DNA from: the human T2T-CHM13v2.0 reference genome, Homo sapiens
Direction: 5' to 3' (one strand)
DNA: 64,000 nucleotides
NCBI RefSeq assembly: GCF_009914755.1
Contig: NC_060942.1
Notes under the pieces: model-generated
What the model saw: the letters and a program-made list of their open reading frames with translations, nothing else
What the model was told of the DNA's origin: nothing
Database searches by the model: none
In this document: positions 1 through 14,180 of the stretch, piece by piece
Layout of the letters: each line of letters opens with the position of its first letter
Position numbering within the stretch: the first letter of the stretch is position 1
Program-made: the position numbers and the translations under genes

Positions 1-209
1 TCAAGAAGATGATCAAAGAGGCTTAGCATAAGGCATCTCATGTTATAGACAATAGATTCACAATGTACTACAGTTCTACAGCCTCCATCTGGAGAAAACT
101 GACCCCACTTTTATATCTTTATGTGCTTTGGCCCACTTTTAAAACTAGAACAATACAACTATCCTCCCTCTTCTGCCTTTCTGCCTTCACACTTGCTTTT
201 CATACTTAC

Positions 210-306
210 GCATTTGATAGCCTTTGACTGTGCAGGCCAGGCTGAAAGCCTGGATCAACCAACAACTATTGTGCACCAATGTTCCAATGTATCCACATGC
301 TCCTAT
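210..306 (-). CDS. PIEZO2: PIEZO2 coding exon (~ex29), IGACGYIGTLVHNSCWLIQAFSLACTVKGYQM(P)
   Basis: ttcag|ATAGGA acceptor, ATGC|gtaagt donor; 97 nt, phase 0-1; not in the ORF track. Confidence 0.95.
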
Positions 307-1059
307 CTGAAAAACAAAAGAGGGGGATAATCCTGAAGCTCTGCAGCCAGAAAAAAAAGTGGTGTTTTATGATCCCAACATGTGCAAGAATTCACAAGGT
401 CTCAGTGATAAGGATTCCAGGAGATGCCAATTGTACCTAAAAATTCAGTCACCTTGTGGTAGTGCTTCAGGAGCAATGTAAATTCCTGGGAAAAATTAAA
501 CCTAACGAGGAAAGGAAAGGTCTTTCATGTAATGTTTTCTGTACTTGGAAGCACCAGTTTATCAAGAAGAAATCTTGGACGATCATAGAAATAAATCCCA
601 ACTCTGTGATAATGAATGGGTGTGCACTGAACCCTAGAACTTGGACTTTAGTAGAGTTATTTTCTTACAAGCCAGACACATATAACCTATGCTCTTCCCT
701 GGAGGTCATCCCAGACCTAAGCTGCAGGGTGTAGTTCTTAGAACAAAACAGAGTATGTGTTTTGAGTCTTGTTTGACCAATTCTCTCAGTAAAGGAGTAT
801 TTTTTGTAGATTGGCAGGTGGTTGTCTCATAACAATGAATTTTTTGTTATAGTTAAGTTTAAATCCTGAGTTGGAAAATGTTTAAACAAGTATGAATCAT
901 TGCAAGCAAATACATAAATGTGACAGATACATTGTGTGCATTTCCTGGGAACATGTGAGGAAGGAGAATATCATCAGGATTTGCTCCAACAGCAGCAGTT
1001 ACTCGTTATGGATTCCCCAGCCCTGGGAATATTCCAGTCCTACACCATCATGTCCTGCT

Positions 1060-1415
1060 TTTGTTCCTGTTTTCCAGGCTAAGAATGCCTTCCCCCTTTG
1101 TCTCCCTGCAGACCCTTCAATCTATTTATGAGTCTCTGATGCGTTCAAATGGCATCACCTCCAGGAAGCCTGTTCCCAGCTTATCTAAGCAAGATATTAG
1201 GCATCCTTTTGTTTCTCAAAAATGTTGTAATAATTATCATTAACCCATTGCATCATAATTATTTATAAGTAGGTCTAACTTCCTTTTTAGAATGTGAATT
1301 CCTTGAGGGCAAAACCTGACAACTGTTTATCTCTAGTTCTTCAATACATCAAATAGTGCTCAGTAAAAAACAGGTCTACAGTACAGGTTTACGGAATGAA
1401 TGAATGAATGAATGA
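1060..1415 (+). mobile_element. Degenerate L2 LINE 3' fragment ending in (GAAT)n
   Basis: 'tagaatgtgaattccttgagggca...gtgctcagtaaa...gaatgaatgaatgaat' resembles the L2 3' end. Confidence 0.55.
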
Positions 1416-2754
1416 ACTTTGAATCCATACATTTCCCAAGCATGGCTGTGAAATCAGCCTCTGGCAACAGATTCCTCACCATCAGACTGGCTTTAGAATG
1501 AACCAGAGTTCTGTTGTCCTGTCTCATGCTCTCTTCAACAACTCTCAATGCTACTCCAAATGTAAATTGATGTCAGAGGGGTAAAAGTGACCAATAAGTC
1601 ACTTTCACCATCACCTAGAAAATTAACCTTTCAATGGACTTCAGACAAAATAAATTATCCAAATACCTATTCATGGCTACATAAACTTGGCTTTCCAAGA
1701 CTTCTAGACACAGTGATACACGTGCCCCCCCGAAAATCAAGGAGATATCACAACTGAATTGCCTGGAGAGCTCATCCCTAAGTAGCTAGGAAGGAAGAAG
1801 CAGAAGAGATTTCCTCACTGCTCTCTCAGTGCAACAGCAGTTACAGCCTGGGAGACTGAGACGCAGGCACAGGGATAAACCTTAAGTGAGCGCCAGCCAG
1901 AGAGCTATTAACTCCTTCAGCTCAGGAGAGGTTGTTGCTTAATTTCCCGCAGCACTAAATCACTGAAATGGTGTCGTTGTGTCCTGATAGGTTGATGTGA
2001 CTCTGGAATTACTAGTGGGCAGTGTGAGTTGCATGTCATGTTAGGGGAAGAGTTGTGTTCTGAAACATAGCTACTTAAGAGCAGAGCAGCCAAGCTTCGT
2101 CGGGGCCTGGTGCGGGTTGTGGGGGGGGAGGGTCCCTCAACCGTACATTGCTCTAGCTGTGTCCTGATCTGAATGTCTATACTCAGAGACAGCCAGACAG
2201 AAGGCTGCATTTTCTCTTCTATCTACCCACATCTTCTGAGTACATAAAACATTCTTGCCTATAATAGCCCATTCCACCTCATTCCCTACTCCACCCAGTA
2301 TCATAGAGAAACATGCTCATTTTATCTCACACTTCTACAGTTCTTTCTAGATAAGAGCGTTGCTTTTTGCCAACATAATACAGCTTTTGAAAAGATTCAG
2401 TGGCTCAAATTCAGCTCTTAACAGGGCCACTTCATAACTCATACCAGGAGTGATGACAAATTGTTCCTCAGAAGAGACAGAATTTTAATTAGTAAAAGAC
2501 ATTTTAGAATTTATTCCTATGAACACATATCCTTTAGCCATGTGGCCTTGAAATGGTGAAAATGAGGAAAAAGGACTCTGTTTAACGTGGCAAGACAGAG
2601 AGAAATAAATGGTTTTTGAATTCTGAATTTGCAGCATCTTATTGGGGCTTTTAAGAGAGCAACATGACAAGCACTGGGCTTTTAATAACCACTGAGTGGA
2701 CTGTTTACTCTTACACGAAAACCGCAAATGTGTTATGCAGTGGCAACCACTTAC

Positions 2755-2998
2755 TGACAGGATATTTTTCATCGTAATCACAAAAACGTTGTATGCGATC
2801 AGCCAGTCCCAGTAGCGCAGGATGCTCTTGATGGGTTTCAACAGCAAATCGCCCCCAAAGAGCAGGAAGTAGAAACAGGCCACCAGGTACCCCATGCAAA
2901 AGATGCTGATCCTGGTGGTCCCAGTGATGAAGATGATGGTGAGCACAAACCAGAAGAGGTAGCTGAAGATGATCACTTTGGACATGTCTAAGTAAGAT
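2755..2998 (-). CDS. PIEZO2: PIEZO2 coding exon (~ex28), (R)SYLDMSKVIIF...TMKNILS
   Basis: ttccag|ATCT acceptor, TCA|gtaagt donor; 244 nt, phase 2-0; inside ORF 2485..3021. Confidence 0.96.
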
Positions 2999-4944
2999 CT
3001 GGAAAACAAAGCCAGTGACAAAAAGACAACAACAACAAAACAAACAAAAGCAAAATCAGGAAAGTCTTTAACAAGGGAAGAAATTCATGCTCTCTGCTGC
3101 ACCTTGCAAATCAGACTGTGAGCTTTCATTTAATCCTGCTATCTAGGAAACCCTCAAATAGTTAGTAATAGACCAATAGATGAGTTTTGGAAACCGTGTA
3201 TGCTTCTCGTCACCTTATTCAGGCCAAATTTCTCACAAACAACAACATTTTCTGCCTACCACTTGAGTATTCAAAATTCTCCTTTCTGTTTCTATGGGAG
3301 GCATGAATAATTGTATGGCAAAAGAAATTCTAAGATACGGATGCCTTCTGGCTAGTGAAAGAAAAGTTAAGAATGGATGAACTAGAAGTTAAACAAATTT
3401 ATGTTGAACACAAAGCTTTTATTAGAGGTGGAAATCTTTCCCTACAGATGGGAGGTGATTCTGACCAACTATCCAAAGCCATGGTGGGGCTTTTTTGTTC
3501 TTTCCAATACTCTGTTTCTGGAGGTCCTCAGGATGAGTCAGGATTCCCTTTTGGGGGCCACCCATCCCTGCTGCTTTCCTCATGGAAGGTGAGGCCAGCG
3601 TTCCGGTATCAGTCTTGCAACAAGCAGCAGCTCTAGCCTGCGGGTCAATGTCATCTGACAGGAGTCACACCTACAGGCCAAGTCCCAACTGCATTTCTTG
3701 ATTAGAACTTTTGGTTTTGGGAGTTTTGCTTTGGTGGTTTCTTTTGGCGCATTTGGGAAGAAACATAGGAGAACCAATTCTGGATTAATTCTTTGATTAA
3801 TGGGTTCTTGTTCTGTAGGATGTTAATAAGTAATTGCTTAATAAAATATGCACTACACTTGAGCTATCTAGCATTATTAGGGGGATGAGTTTAAGTTGTG
3901 CCTTGGTACATTTTTCAGATAAGTAAACTTTTACCCTTTATTCTTTTTAAAGTAAAACACTTAAACATTTTTATAACTTTTTTTCTAAAATACATAAAAC
4001 CCTTCCTTGACTTCATAATGGAGAGTGAATGAAATGTCAGTATCTCCCTGTAACCCTAGATCATCACAAATAAAGGTAGTGATTTGCATGAGCCTAGGGG
4101 CCTTCTGAAGTGTGTGTGGTTTGAATTCAGTGGAATTGGGCTGCTAGCATTTTGAGTGTGTGTGCCTGTGAGTGCAGCTTATTCTTTCCATACCTTTCCT
4201 TCCTTGCCTACAGCAGTCAATTCCTGCTTTACCAGCTCTGGCCTTCACACCTTGGCACTGAACCCACTTTGGGTCCAGAATTCATAAAACTAAGCTTGTG
4301 AAGATAACATGGAAAACATTGATAAATACGCTTCAAAGCGGAGCCTTAAGGATTTCTGAATAGAGAGACTGAACCCTGGTGACAGGTACTGTGGCTAAGG
4401 GGCCACCTAACTATCAGGGCTCTGGCCACTTTCCAGAGATCCCAGGGTGCTGCGGAGCTGACCCCTGTTGGAGAGGAAGAGGGGAGCATGGCTGTGCTTC
4501 TGACCAGCAAGCATGTGCGCTGGCTTCCTACTTACTGCTGTGGCATTTGACAGGTCAATTCCTGAGTGGGGTCACTTTTCTGGCAGTCCTCATTGAGAAA
4601 CAGAACAAAAATTTGAAATAACTAAAACAAAAATCAGCTTTAAAAATCAATGGCACACAAAAGCTTTCCATTTGAGTTATGATTTAAGTTTTTCATGAAT
4701 ACATTGAAAATACTTATGTTCCCTTTGCAATAGTAAATATTGGGCTGGACTGATTGTTTTCTTAGCATCCCAGAGAAGAGGTAAAAATGGAAGTCTTACC
4801 TTAGATCAGTGCCTAGTCTGGTACTTAATTCACAAATAGAATGGTCAAGTCTGTATAGCATATTGTTTTAAAGCAAATTCACTTCCTGATTTACTCAGTT
4901 CATATTGAGCCTCTTATGCTACCAAGAGGCACTTAAGCGCATAA

Positions 4945-5115
4945 ACATTCAGATTTGGGAGCTGGATTGCTTGAGTTCCAATCCCAGTTCTGCTGTTGCC
5001 TATGTCTCATCTCGTTGCTGCAGTTTCCTCATCTCTACAACGGGGATAACCGCATGACCTCCTTGGGCTGGGGTAAAAGGGCTCCATGTGTGCAAAGCTT
5101 GGAACAGAGCCTGGC
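4945..5115 (+). mobile_element. MIR fragment
   Basis: 'aatcccagttctgct...cagtttcctcatctctacaacggggataa' resembles the MIR core. Confidence 0.55.
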
Positions 5116-5929
5116 GCAAAGGGAGTAGCAGGTGGCTGACAGCTATCTGTATTGGTATATGCATTGGTATATGCCAAGAACTGTAAGTAGGAGGATGGGG
5201 ACAAATACAAAAGCAAGTTAGACATGATCTTCACCCTAAGGCAACACTTTAGAAGTGGGGATAAGATGGGTTCTTCAGATACCAACACCAGGCAGAAGAT
5301 GATCCACACCATGTAAACAGGAATCTCTGGAAGATCGGAAGCTGGAGAGAGACTCCATGTGTGGGGTCGGCCGGCTTGGGTACTATCAGTGACCTATCTC
5401 CACATGGATGGCATGTGTGTTGTGACTGCATGAGCTTCTCACTGCAACCTCATATGGCTCAATAGGGCAGACACTAATCAGTGAGGATCAGAGGTTAGGA
5501 AATTAGTCCCATGATATACAGCTAATAAGGGGGTATGAAAAGTCACAGCAGCTTCCTCAGACAGCTGACTATAGTGGGCAGCTGAGTGGAATGTTACAGG
5601 CATTGAAAGACTGAAGATCTGACTGCAGAGGCACAGTGGGCCTGCCCTCCATGAAGTGGGCCTTGGGTGACAAAAATCTCAATACGGAAACCCAGGGAAT
5701 GCAGAAATGGTGAATGCATGGTGAGAGGTCGAGCACGGTTTAAGCACAAATACTGTGAGGGAAACATGGCCCAGATCAGCTGTCATGAGGCTGGGCAGAA
5801 TGGTGGAGGACAGAAAAGCTGCTAGGGAGCCCTTGCATGGCCACAGGGGAGACACTGCTCAGGAAGAGCACAGGCACAGGGTGGAATCTAGGGAGCCACC
5901 CCTCCTCAGTGCCCAGTGAATACAAGAAG

Positions 5930-7790
5930 TGAGGATGAGGACCAAGGGATGAGGAGAGATGGGAGATGAGGAAGACGAATGGAGGATGAGGAGGCAGGAT
6001 GGGGAATAAGGATGAGGGATAGAGGGTGAGGAGGAGGGATGGGGGATAAGGATGAGGGATGGAGGATGAAGAGGAGAGCTAGGGGATGAGGAGGAAAGAT
6101 GGAGGATGAGGAGGAGGGATGGAGAATGAGGAGGAGGGATGGGGATAAGGAGGAGGGATGCAGGATGAAGAGGAGGGATGGGGATAAGGATAAAGGATGG
6201 AGGATGAAGAGGAGAGATAGGGGATGAGGAGGAAAGATGGAGGATGAGGAGGAGGGATGGAGGATGAGAAAGAAATGGAAGAGAAGGAGGGATGAGGATG
6301 AGGCAGAGGCAAAGGGGATAAGGAGGAGGGATGGGAGACAAGGATAAGCTATGAAGATGAGGGATAAAGGATGAGAATGAGGGATGGAGATGAAGAGGAG
6401 GGATGCAGGATGAGAAGGAGAAATGGAGGATGAAGAGGAAGGATGGGGATGAGTAGTAGAAATGGGGAATAAGAATGAGCTATGGGGATGTAGATAAAGG
6501 ATGAAAGATGAGGAGGACGGATGGAAGAGGAGAAGGATGGATGGAAGATGAGGAGGAGGGGTGGTGATGAAGAAAAGCTATGAGGATGAGGAGGAGGGAT
6601 GCAGGATGAGAAGGAGAAATGGAGGATGAGGAGGAAGGAAGGATGAGGATGAGTAGGAGAAATGAGGGATAAGAATGAGCTATAGGGATGCAGATAAAGG
6701 ATGAAAGATGAGGAGGAGGGATGGAGGAGAAGGATAGATGGAGGATGAGGAGGAGGGGTGGGGATGAGGATGAGCTATGAGGATGAGGAGGAGGGATGCA
6801 GGATGAGAAGGAGAAATGGAGGATGAGGAGGGATGGGGATAAAGATGAGCTATGGGGATGTGGATGAAGGATGAAACATTAGGAGGAGAGATGAAAGATT
6901 AGGAGGGGGGATGGAGAATGAGGAGGAGGAATGGGGATAAGGATGAGGAATGGGGATTAAGGATGAAGGATGAGAATGAGGGATGGAGATGAGGAGGAAG
7001 GATGCAGGATAAAAAGGAGGAATGGGGATACGGATGAGGGATGGAGGAGGAGAAGCAGGGATGAAGAGGAGGAATGGGAATGAAGATGAGCTATGGAGAT
7101 GAGAAGGAGGAATGCAGGATGAGAAGAAGAAATGGAGGATAAGGAGGAATGGGGATAAAATGAGCTATGGGGATGTGGTTGAAGGATGAAAGATGAGGAG
7201 GAGGAATGGAGGATGGGGAGGAGAAATGGGGATAAGGATGAGGGTTGGGGATAAAGTTGAGGGATGGAGAATATGGATAAGCTATGTGGATACGAATGAG
7301 GGATAGAGAATGAGGAGGAGGGGTGGAGGATGAGGATGAGAGGGAGGAAAGGGGGATGAGGATGTGCTATGGGGATGAGTATGAGGGATGGAGGATGGAT
7401 GAGGAGTAAGAATGGGGATGAGGGATTAAGGATGAGTGGGAGGGATGGAGGATGAGAAGAGGAATGGAGGGTGATGAGGAGGGATGGGGATAAGAATGAG
7501 AGATGGGGGATGAGAATAAGTGATGAAGATGAGGAAGAAGGCTGGAGGGTGAGGAGGAAGGGTGGGGATAAGAATGAGCTATGGGGATGAAGATGAAAAA
7601 TGGAGGATGAGTAGGAGAGACAGAAGATGAGGAGGAGGGATGGGGATGAGGATGAGCTATGGGGATGAGGATGAGCTATGGGGATGAGGATGAGGGATGA
7701 AAGATAAGGAAGAAAGATGGGGGATGAGGAAGAGGGAGGAAAGATGAGGATGAGCTATGGGGATGCAGAGGAGGGATAAGAGATGAGCAG
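5930..7790. repeat. ~1.85-kb purine-rich (GGA/GAT) low-complexity repeat with ~200-nt internal periodicity
   Basis: Plus strand nearly free of C; the GATGCAGGA motif recurs at about 6402, 6598, 6795 and 7001. Confidence 0.93.
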
Positions 7791-8084
7791 GAGGACCCTC
7801 CACTGGAGAGCTGGTATTACTGGCACAAGTCAGTTTTGGTATGAAGAAGAGGAGGAGAACTGAGGCCATAAAGAGGCGGTTTACATTGACAAAAGCAGGT
7901 GCAGTGCTATAATTCAGAGGCTCAGCCTCCAGGCTGCTGAACCACATTGTCCAGCATTTATTAACTTCAGTGTATACAATTCAGCGGATCTGTTTCCCAA
8001 GTATAACAGAGAAAGTATAGAGGAGCAATGTAATGGAAATGCACACATCAAAGTGGCTTTTAGCAAATGTGAAGCTCTTGTTAC

Positions 8085-8250
8085 CTGCAGTGAATAAAAT
8101 CTGGCACAGGGTTATGTTGGCTGAAGGAGGCCGCATCAAGATTCATGCAGATCTCGACATTGTCACCTGCCATGATTCGCACTGCAGCCTTGTTCTCATC
8201 CTCAAAAATCTGCCGTTGTAAGGAGGCACACAGAAGCAGCATGAAGTCAT
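8085..8250 (-). CDS. PIEZO2: PIEZO2 coding exon (~ex27), (Y)DFMLLLCASLQRQ...PDFIHC(R)
   Basis: tgttag|ATGAC acceptor, CAG|gtaac donor; 166 nt, phase 1-2. Confidence 0.96.
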
Positions 8251-8448
8251 CTAACAAGACAGAGGTGAGATCATTAAGCCGCCTCATCCTCTTCTGATTT
8301 ACATAATGCAACACACAGTCATCACACAGCAACAGCCATTCCCCAGCTCCTAAGTGAGTTGTGTTCCCAAAGTTCATAGTAAAATTCATCCTGGAGTCCA
8401 ACGTCGGGGCCAAGTCACACCTTCTCCACCTTGCAGGGCATAGAGTGA

Positions 8449-8751
<303 letters not shown>

Positions 8752-9318
8752 TAAGGAGGCCACTTGAGCAATTTCCCCATCTTTATCTTTTTATGTGTGG
8801 TGGATGCAGACATTCATTTTTCTTTATCCTTTCCATCCTCCTTTGCATTTGTAACCAAAGACTGTCCCCAAAGCAGAAGCCACACTGCAAGTGTGGTGAG
8901 AGCAGGTGGAGGTGGCGGACTGTGCTGGACAGCACAGCGCAGCCTGAGAGAGCTGTCCTCCCAGCAACTGCCCACAAAGGGCTGAGGCCAAGCCTGCCTG
9001 GAAGCCTGAACACAAGCTGCTTCCTTGCTTTTAAAATTAAACCTAAACTTGTTTAGGCAGGGCAGTCATTTGCATTTTCTGTAAAACCCAGTACTCTGGT
9101 CTTGGGGGAGCTGCTCTGACCTTTGGATCACCAGCTGCCATGGGAAGGCCTCGGGGCTGCAGCCCAATTCTAGAGCAACTAAAATCTGGGAAGCATCTCC
9201 CAGCATCCACTGTCCCATGTTCAGGGTTTATTTATCTGCACTGGGAGCCAGAAACCACCAAGTCAGAAAACACAAAAGCCTTCCTCTCTGGTCTGTCTTT
9301 TGAAAGGTGGCTGTGTAA

Positions 9319-9319
<1 letters not shown>

Positions 9320-9350
<31 letters not shown>
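9320..9350. repeat. (TG)n microsatellite
   Basis: About 15 TG units. Confidence 0.95.
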
Positions 9351-9351
<1 letters not shown>

Positions 9352-9589
9352 GGGGGAAGTGAAATTATGCAAGTGAATATGGCATTTCCAACACTGATTT
9401 ATTAATTTTGCAAATGTAATAGGGTGAGTAGAAGCCATTAATGACTTGTGATATTAATGCATAAGACAAGCCTTTACATGATTACGAAGTCTAGTGGAAG
9501 ACAAAAGGCACTAATGCATAGCACGTGAACAATGATTAACAGTAAACCCGGATACCAGCACTCTGTGGCCCTGCAGTGGAAACACTTAC

Positions 9590-9691
9590 AGACGAGAAAC
9601 ACAGGGTTGGGCCGCACAATGAAATCTGGGAAGTACAGCCACTTTATGATGTTGTCATTGAAGCTGGCACCCTTGAATCTCCACGGGTAAT
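9590..9691 (-). CDS. PIEZO2: PIEZO2 coding exon (~ex26), (D)YPWRFKGASF...PNPVFLV(Y)
   Basis: tgcag|ATTAC acceptor, GTCT|gtaagt donor; 102 nt, phase 1-1; 121-nt upstream intron. Confidence 0.96.
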
Positions 9692-9812
9692 CTGCAGGGA
9701 GGGAAGTGGCGAACAGCACAATCAATACTCTTCTTCACCACTCTTCTCCCAGCCGTCCGCTCAGTAATGGCTTCTTCTAAAAGTAGACGGCTCAAGGGAA
9801 GGGCAGGCTCAC

Positions 9813-10017
9813 CTCGGCAAGGAGCAGGTGGGATGCCAATGCAGATGAAATACTGGAAGGTGATGATGCATGCCAGGAAGCAGCAGTACTTGGGCCAGAT
9901 CTCTGCGATGGCTTTCCTTCTGCGTCTATATAAGACAGCGATCAGCCAGCAGGCGTGGATCATGGCATAGAAATCCATTCGCTGGCCAATGACGTTAACT
10001 GACATTAGGAAACAGGT
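9813..10017 (-). CDS. PIEZO2: PIEZO2 coding exon (~ex25), TCFLMSVNVIGQRMDF...GIPPAPCR
   Basis: acacag|ACC acceptor, GAG|gtgagc donor; 205 nt, phase 0-1. Confidence 0.96.
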
Positions 10018-10344
10018 CTGTGTAAAGATGAAAAGAGGCAAAAAGAAAAAATCAGGCATATGGGAAAGGGAACTGGTGATAGGTGTCAGGTCTGTGTAGA
10101 TGGCGGAGACCCATGTCCCTCAGGGCAAGTCTGTCTGCACAGATTCACAAATGCTTGCTCTTTTGAGTGTCTCAGCGTGAAGACAGAAATACTGTACAGA
10201 TTACTCCCAGGGAAAAACTGACTAAGTAGCTGTTATCATAACCACTTCAGACAATAAAGAGAACAGCCATTTTGATCTCCTCATGAAACATCACCATTCC
10301 TACTTCATTCTATGAAGGCACAGGCACTATCACAATCGTTTTAG

Positions 10345-10719
<375 letters not shown>

Positions 10720-11018
10720 TAATACTTTATTCTTAATAAGAAACCTGTTAACAAGGCAACTGATGGCCATGCATTTAGATGGCTCTGGAGATCCAGAGAG
10801 GCCAAGGCACTGCTGTGGAGGGGGGTGTTCAGCACCCAAACTTGGAAAACTTTCAGTCAAGCCAGTTAACCATCAGTACAAATACTTTCTGTTCTTCTCA
10901 AGGGGACAGCTATCATGCCTGCAGATGTATCACAAAGTTCCAGTGGCCAATTGGCCAGAAGCAGTTCTTTGAATTTTCATGGAAAAGAGAAATAAAACAT
11001 ATCAGCAAGGAAACTCAC

Positions 11019-11219
11019 CTCCAGACCAAACTTGTAAAAGAAGTAATTAATGAAATATTTGGCACAATTAATAAGTCCATCATCTAGATGTAGTCTTGTA
11101 ATGTCATGAAAGATAGTTCTAGACACAGGGGCCGTCAGGTTATTTCGACCTCGATAGTATTCCTGATGGCGGTAAATGGTGACTTCAAAGGCCAGGATAG
11201 CCAGCATCAGGAGGTTATT
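11019..11219 (-). CDS. PIEZO2: PIEZO2 coding exon (~ex24), NNLLMLAILAFE...FFYKFGLE
   Basis: ttgtag|AAT acceptor, GAG|gtgagt donor; 201 nt, phase 0-0. Confidence 0.96.
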
Positions 11220-12607
11220 CTACAAAGCAAGGAAACACAAATGTGTCAGCCAGAGGCTTTATGATTTGGTAATTTCAAGCAATCCCCACATTCTGCACAG
11301 CTACAAGGACAATGTTTTATAAAAGCTCACCTCTCTTAAGCAGTTTTGAGCTCAATATTCGTTTTCTCTGTCTTATTTATTGTGGCATTATCTATATTAG
11401 AAAATCAGGCTAACTTCCAAAGTCATAGGATCTAGAATCTCCAAACATAAGATGCTGCTGCTCATTCCTACTTCTCACAACTACACATCTCACACCAAGG
11501 AAGCAATTTCCAGTTATCCAAGGAGGGCAGTTCAGCCTTGTTTGCAGCCAGAAGTGCAAAAACAGTACAGAGACATCCTGGGACTCACTGAGCTAAATGA
11601 ACGGGAAGCTGCTTAGGGGGAAGCTTTTGAACACTCCTGAAATCTGGCTACAGACAGCAATAGATTGAAAAGCATGCTGACAACAGTAAAATAATAATAG
11701 TGATGATATAACTATTATTCAAGATAATGAAAATAGTTAACATTTATGGAACCATAGGTTCCAGACACAATTCGATCACCCTTTTCAAATACCAATTTGC
11801 TTTATCCTCATAACAGCTATTTATGGTGGGTACTGGTACAAAAGATATCTACCATGTGATGAAAAATCTAGAAGGTCCACAAAGAAAATGGGCTGCTTAA
11901 TACATTTAAAAATCCCAGGTGCTGAGTGTAGAGGCTGTACCCTTAAATGCATTGCCAGTGTAACATGATTAGGACTGCTCAGATAATCCACAAAAATAAA
12001 ATGTGAAAAATCTGAAGCATGTTGTTTTCATTATGTTTGTATGACTATTTGTACTCGTTTCCTTTTCTAAATATATGTTTTATTTTATTACTTCTAGATG
12101 TAGTAGATTCTCTTTATTAAAAACTATAGATAAACAGAATTTACACAGCGAAAATGTCTTGTAAGGCTATATCCGCTTCTCAGAAATAACCACTATTGAG
12201 CATTTGGTATACTTTACTTAATATTTTTCTTTGTGTCTAGAAGAGATCATACTATGCACAGTGTTTTGAAATTTGCTTTTTAAAAATCTTACTATATTTT
12301 AGACATGCTTCAATTCTAATGCACCCATCGACCTTAATCTTGTAATGGTCTTAACATGATTGTATAATGTTCCAATGAATGTATCTGTCATACTTTATTC
12401 AAGCAATCTCAGACCGTTTGATCATTTTCTCTTTAACATGCCACAATACTGATTTTAACACTTAGAGTTTGTTGCAAAGGTGATGCCAAATCCCACATGA
12501 GAAGATATGGTTACTATCAAATGTGATGTTAAGCGTCTCATGGAAAAGAATCCTGAACTATTATATAACGGAGTGGAGGCCCAAACTAAGCACGACAAAG
12601 CCATTAC

Positions 12608-12733
12608 CCTCAGGTAGACTAGCAGAGGCGAAGACTTCCGCAGGCCGACCCACTCTGTAGGATCGATAGGAGCGCTGTAGAGCAGAGACTTGTTCAACTC
12701 ATTAAAGGGGATGTTTGTTTGATTTTCATTTGG
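12608..12733 (-). CDS. PIEZO2: PIEZO2 coding exon (~ex23), PNENQTNIPF...SPLLVYLR
   Basis: tttag|CCA acceptor, AGG|gtaatg donor; 126 nt, phase 0-0. Confidence 0.96.
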
Positions 12734-13029
12734 CTAAAAAGAAGAGAAAATGGAGTAAAAAAAAATAGCTCCACAGATTAGGAGAGCTCAGGTTATTTCT
12801 TCTTCAGCCTTGAGCAAAATGATAGTGGTAGGATGGGAGGGACAGGCCCATTTCAGGGGAGACCTCAGTATGAGACGAGGCTTAACACAGGCCCAGAGCA
12901 CGACCAGCCAGGGAGAGGTGACTTACAAGCCAGGTCAGGCCAAATGTGCTTGGGGATGGGGGTTCCCCAAGTATCTGCCTTGCTTTGCTAAAGGGCAGTC
13001 AGGAATATTCCCCCATCACCGAGGCTCAC

Positions 13030-13206
13030 CAAGGAACAGTTAACAGAGAAGTTCTCAGGCTTAATGGTTTGAAGCTGGTACAACATTTTGCAGACGATGA
13101 TCACACACGTCCAGACCGTGCAGACACTTGAAGCCAGACGGCGCAGCTTGGCGTACGGCAGAGCAAAAGCCCAAGAAATCAAAAATACATAGTTGAACAG
13201 AGACAC
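13030..13206 (-). CDS. PIEZO2: PIEZO2 coding exon (~ex22), VSLFNYVFLISWAF...ENFSVNCSL
   Basis: tttcag|GTG acceptor, TTG|gtgagc donor; 177 nt, phase 0-0. Confidence 0.96.
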
Positions 13207-13329
13207 CTGAAAACGTAAAACCAGAAATGGGGACAAAAATATGTAACACGGCATAACAAACAGGACAGCCACAAAACAGGATGACTTGATTTACTCAGTT
13301 CGGCAAAAGCAGACTGGATTCCTAGCACG

Positions 13330-14180
13330 CGCAAGGAATTGCCCTAGGTGCTGGGGTACTAAAGTAGGTGAGTTATGGTCTCACCCCTCAAGGGCATTAT
13401 GTCTTGTATGGCAGACAGACATATCATCAGGTGACATCAATATCATGTAGCACTGGCTAAGCTATCAATGTGGGCAGGCTCCTGTGAGAGCGCCCAGAAG
13501 GGTCCTTGGTCCAATGTGGAGGTCAGGAAGCACTTTCAAGAAGAGACAGTGCCTGAACTAAGCCAAGCCAAGAAAGATGAGAGGTGGATTCTTTAGGTAA
13601 AGGAGGCATGAATGAAGGCAGGAAAGCATGAGCTAGCATGGTGGGGACAGGCAACAACAAACGACTGGAAAGTTCAGAGTTGAAAGTGTGAAGTGCAACA
13701 GGAGGTGAGGCTGGAGATGCAGCTACAGCCAAGTTTTGATGGATCCTTTTTACACCATGCTATGGCACGGGAGCCCATTCTTCAGAAAACTGAGAGCTGT
13801 GGAAGGGCATTACACTGGGAATTTGGAGGTAAGATTTGCTTCCTATTGAGATAAATGTAACTGATGAATGGAGGGCCCATTGTGGGGACTGGACACGACT
13901 TTTGGGTGACCCACTCACGTGCAGCGGCAATAGCCCAGGGAAGATGGGGAGGAGGCGCGGATTCAACATGGGAGGCAAAATTAGCTGGACTTGATGACTG
14001 ATTGGCTTGGTGGGCCGGTGGGTAAGACAGAAAGTTCAAGGAGTGATTCCCAGGTTTCCACTTGGGAGCCTGAGTGGATAACAGTGCCATTACTGAGACA
14101 GCAATGCTGATAGGGAAGCTGGTCAGAGCAGCAAGGTTGTGAACTCAGCTTGAACCTGTTGACTTTGGGCTGCATGCGAG
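13330..14180 (-). mobile_element. Degenerate L2 fragment(s)
   Basis: L2-like phrases such as 'tcccaggtttccacttgggagcctgagtggataacagtgccattactgaga'; boundaries approximate. Confidence 0.5.

Noticed and set aside
5859-6341. Pro/Ser/Leu-rich ORFs on the minus strand
   Set aside because: Stop-poor low-complexity sequence, not part of the PIEZO2 frame.
10944-10957. 14-bp palindrome TGGCCAATTGGCCA
   Set aside because: A few palindromes of this length are expected by chance in 64 kb.
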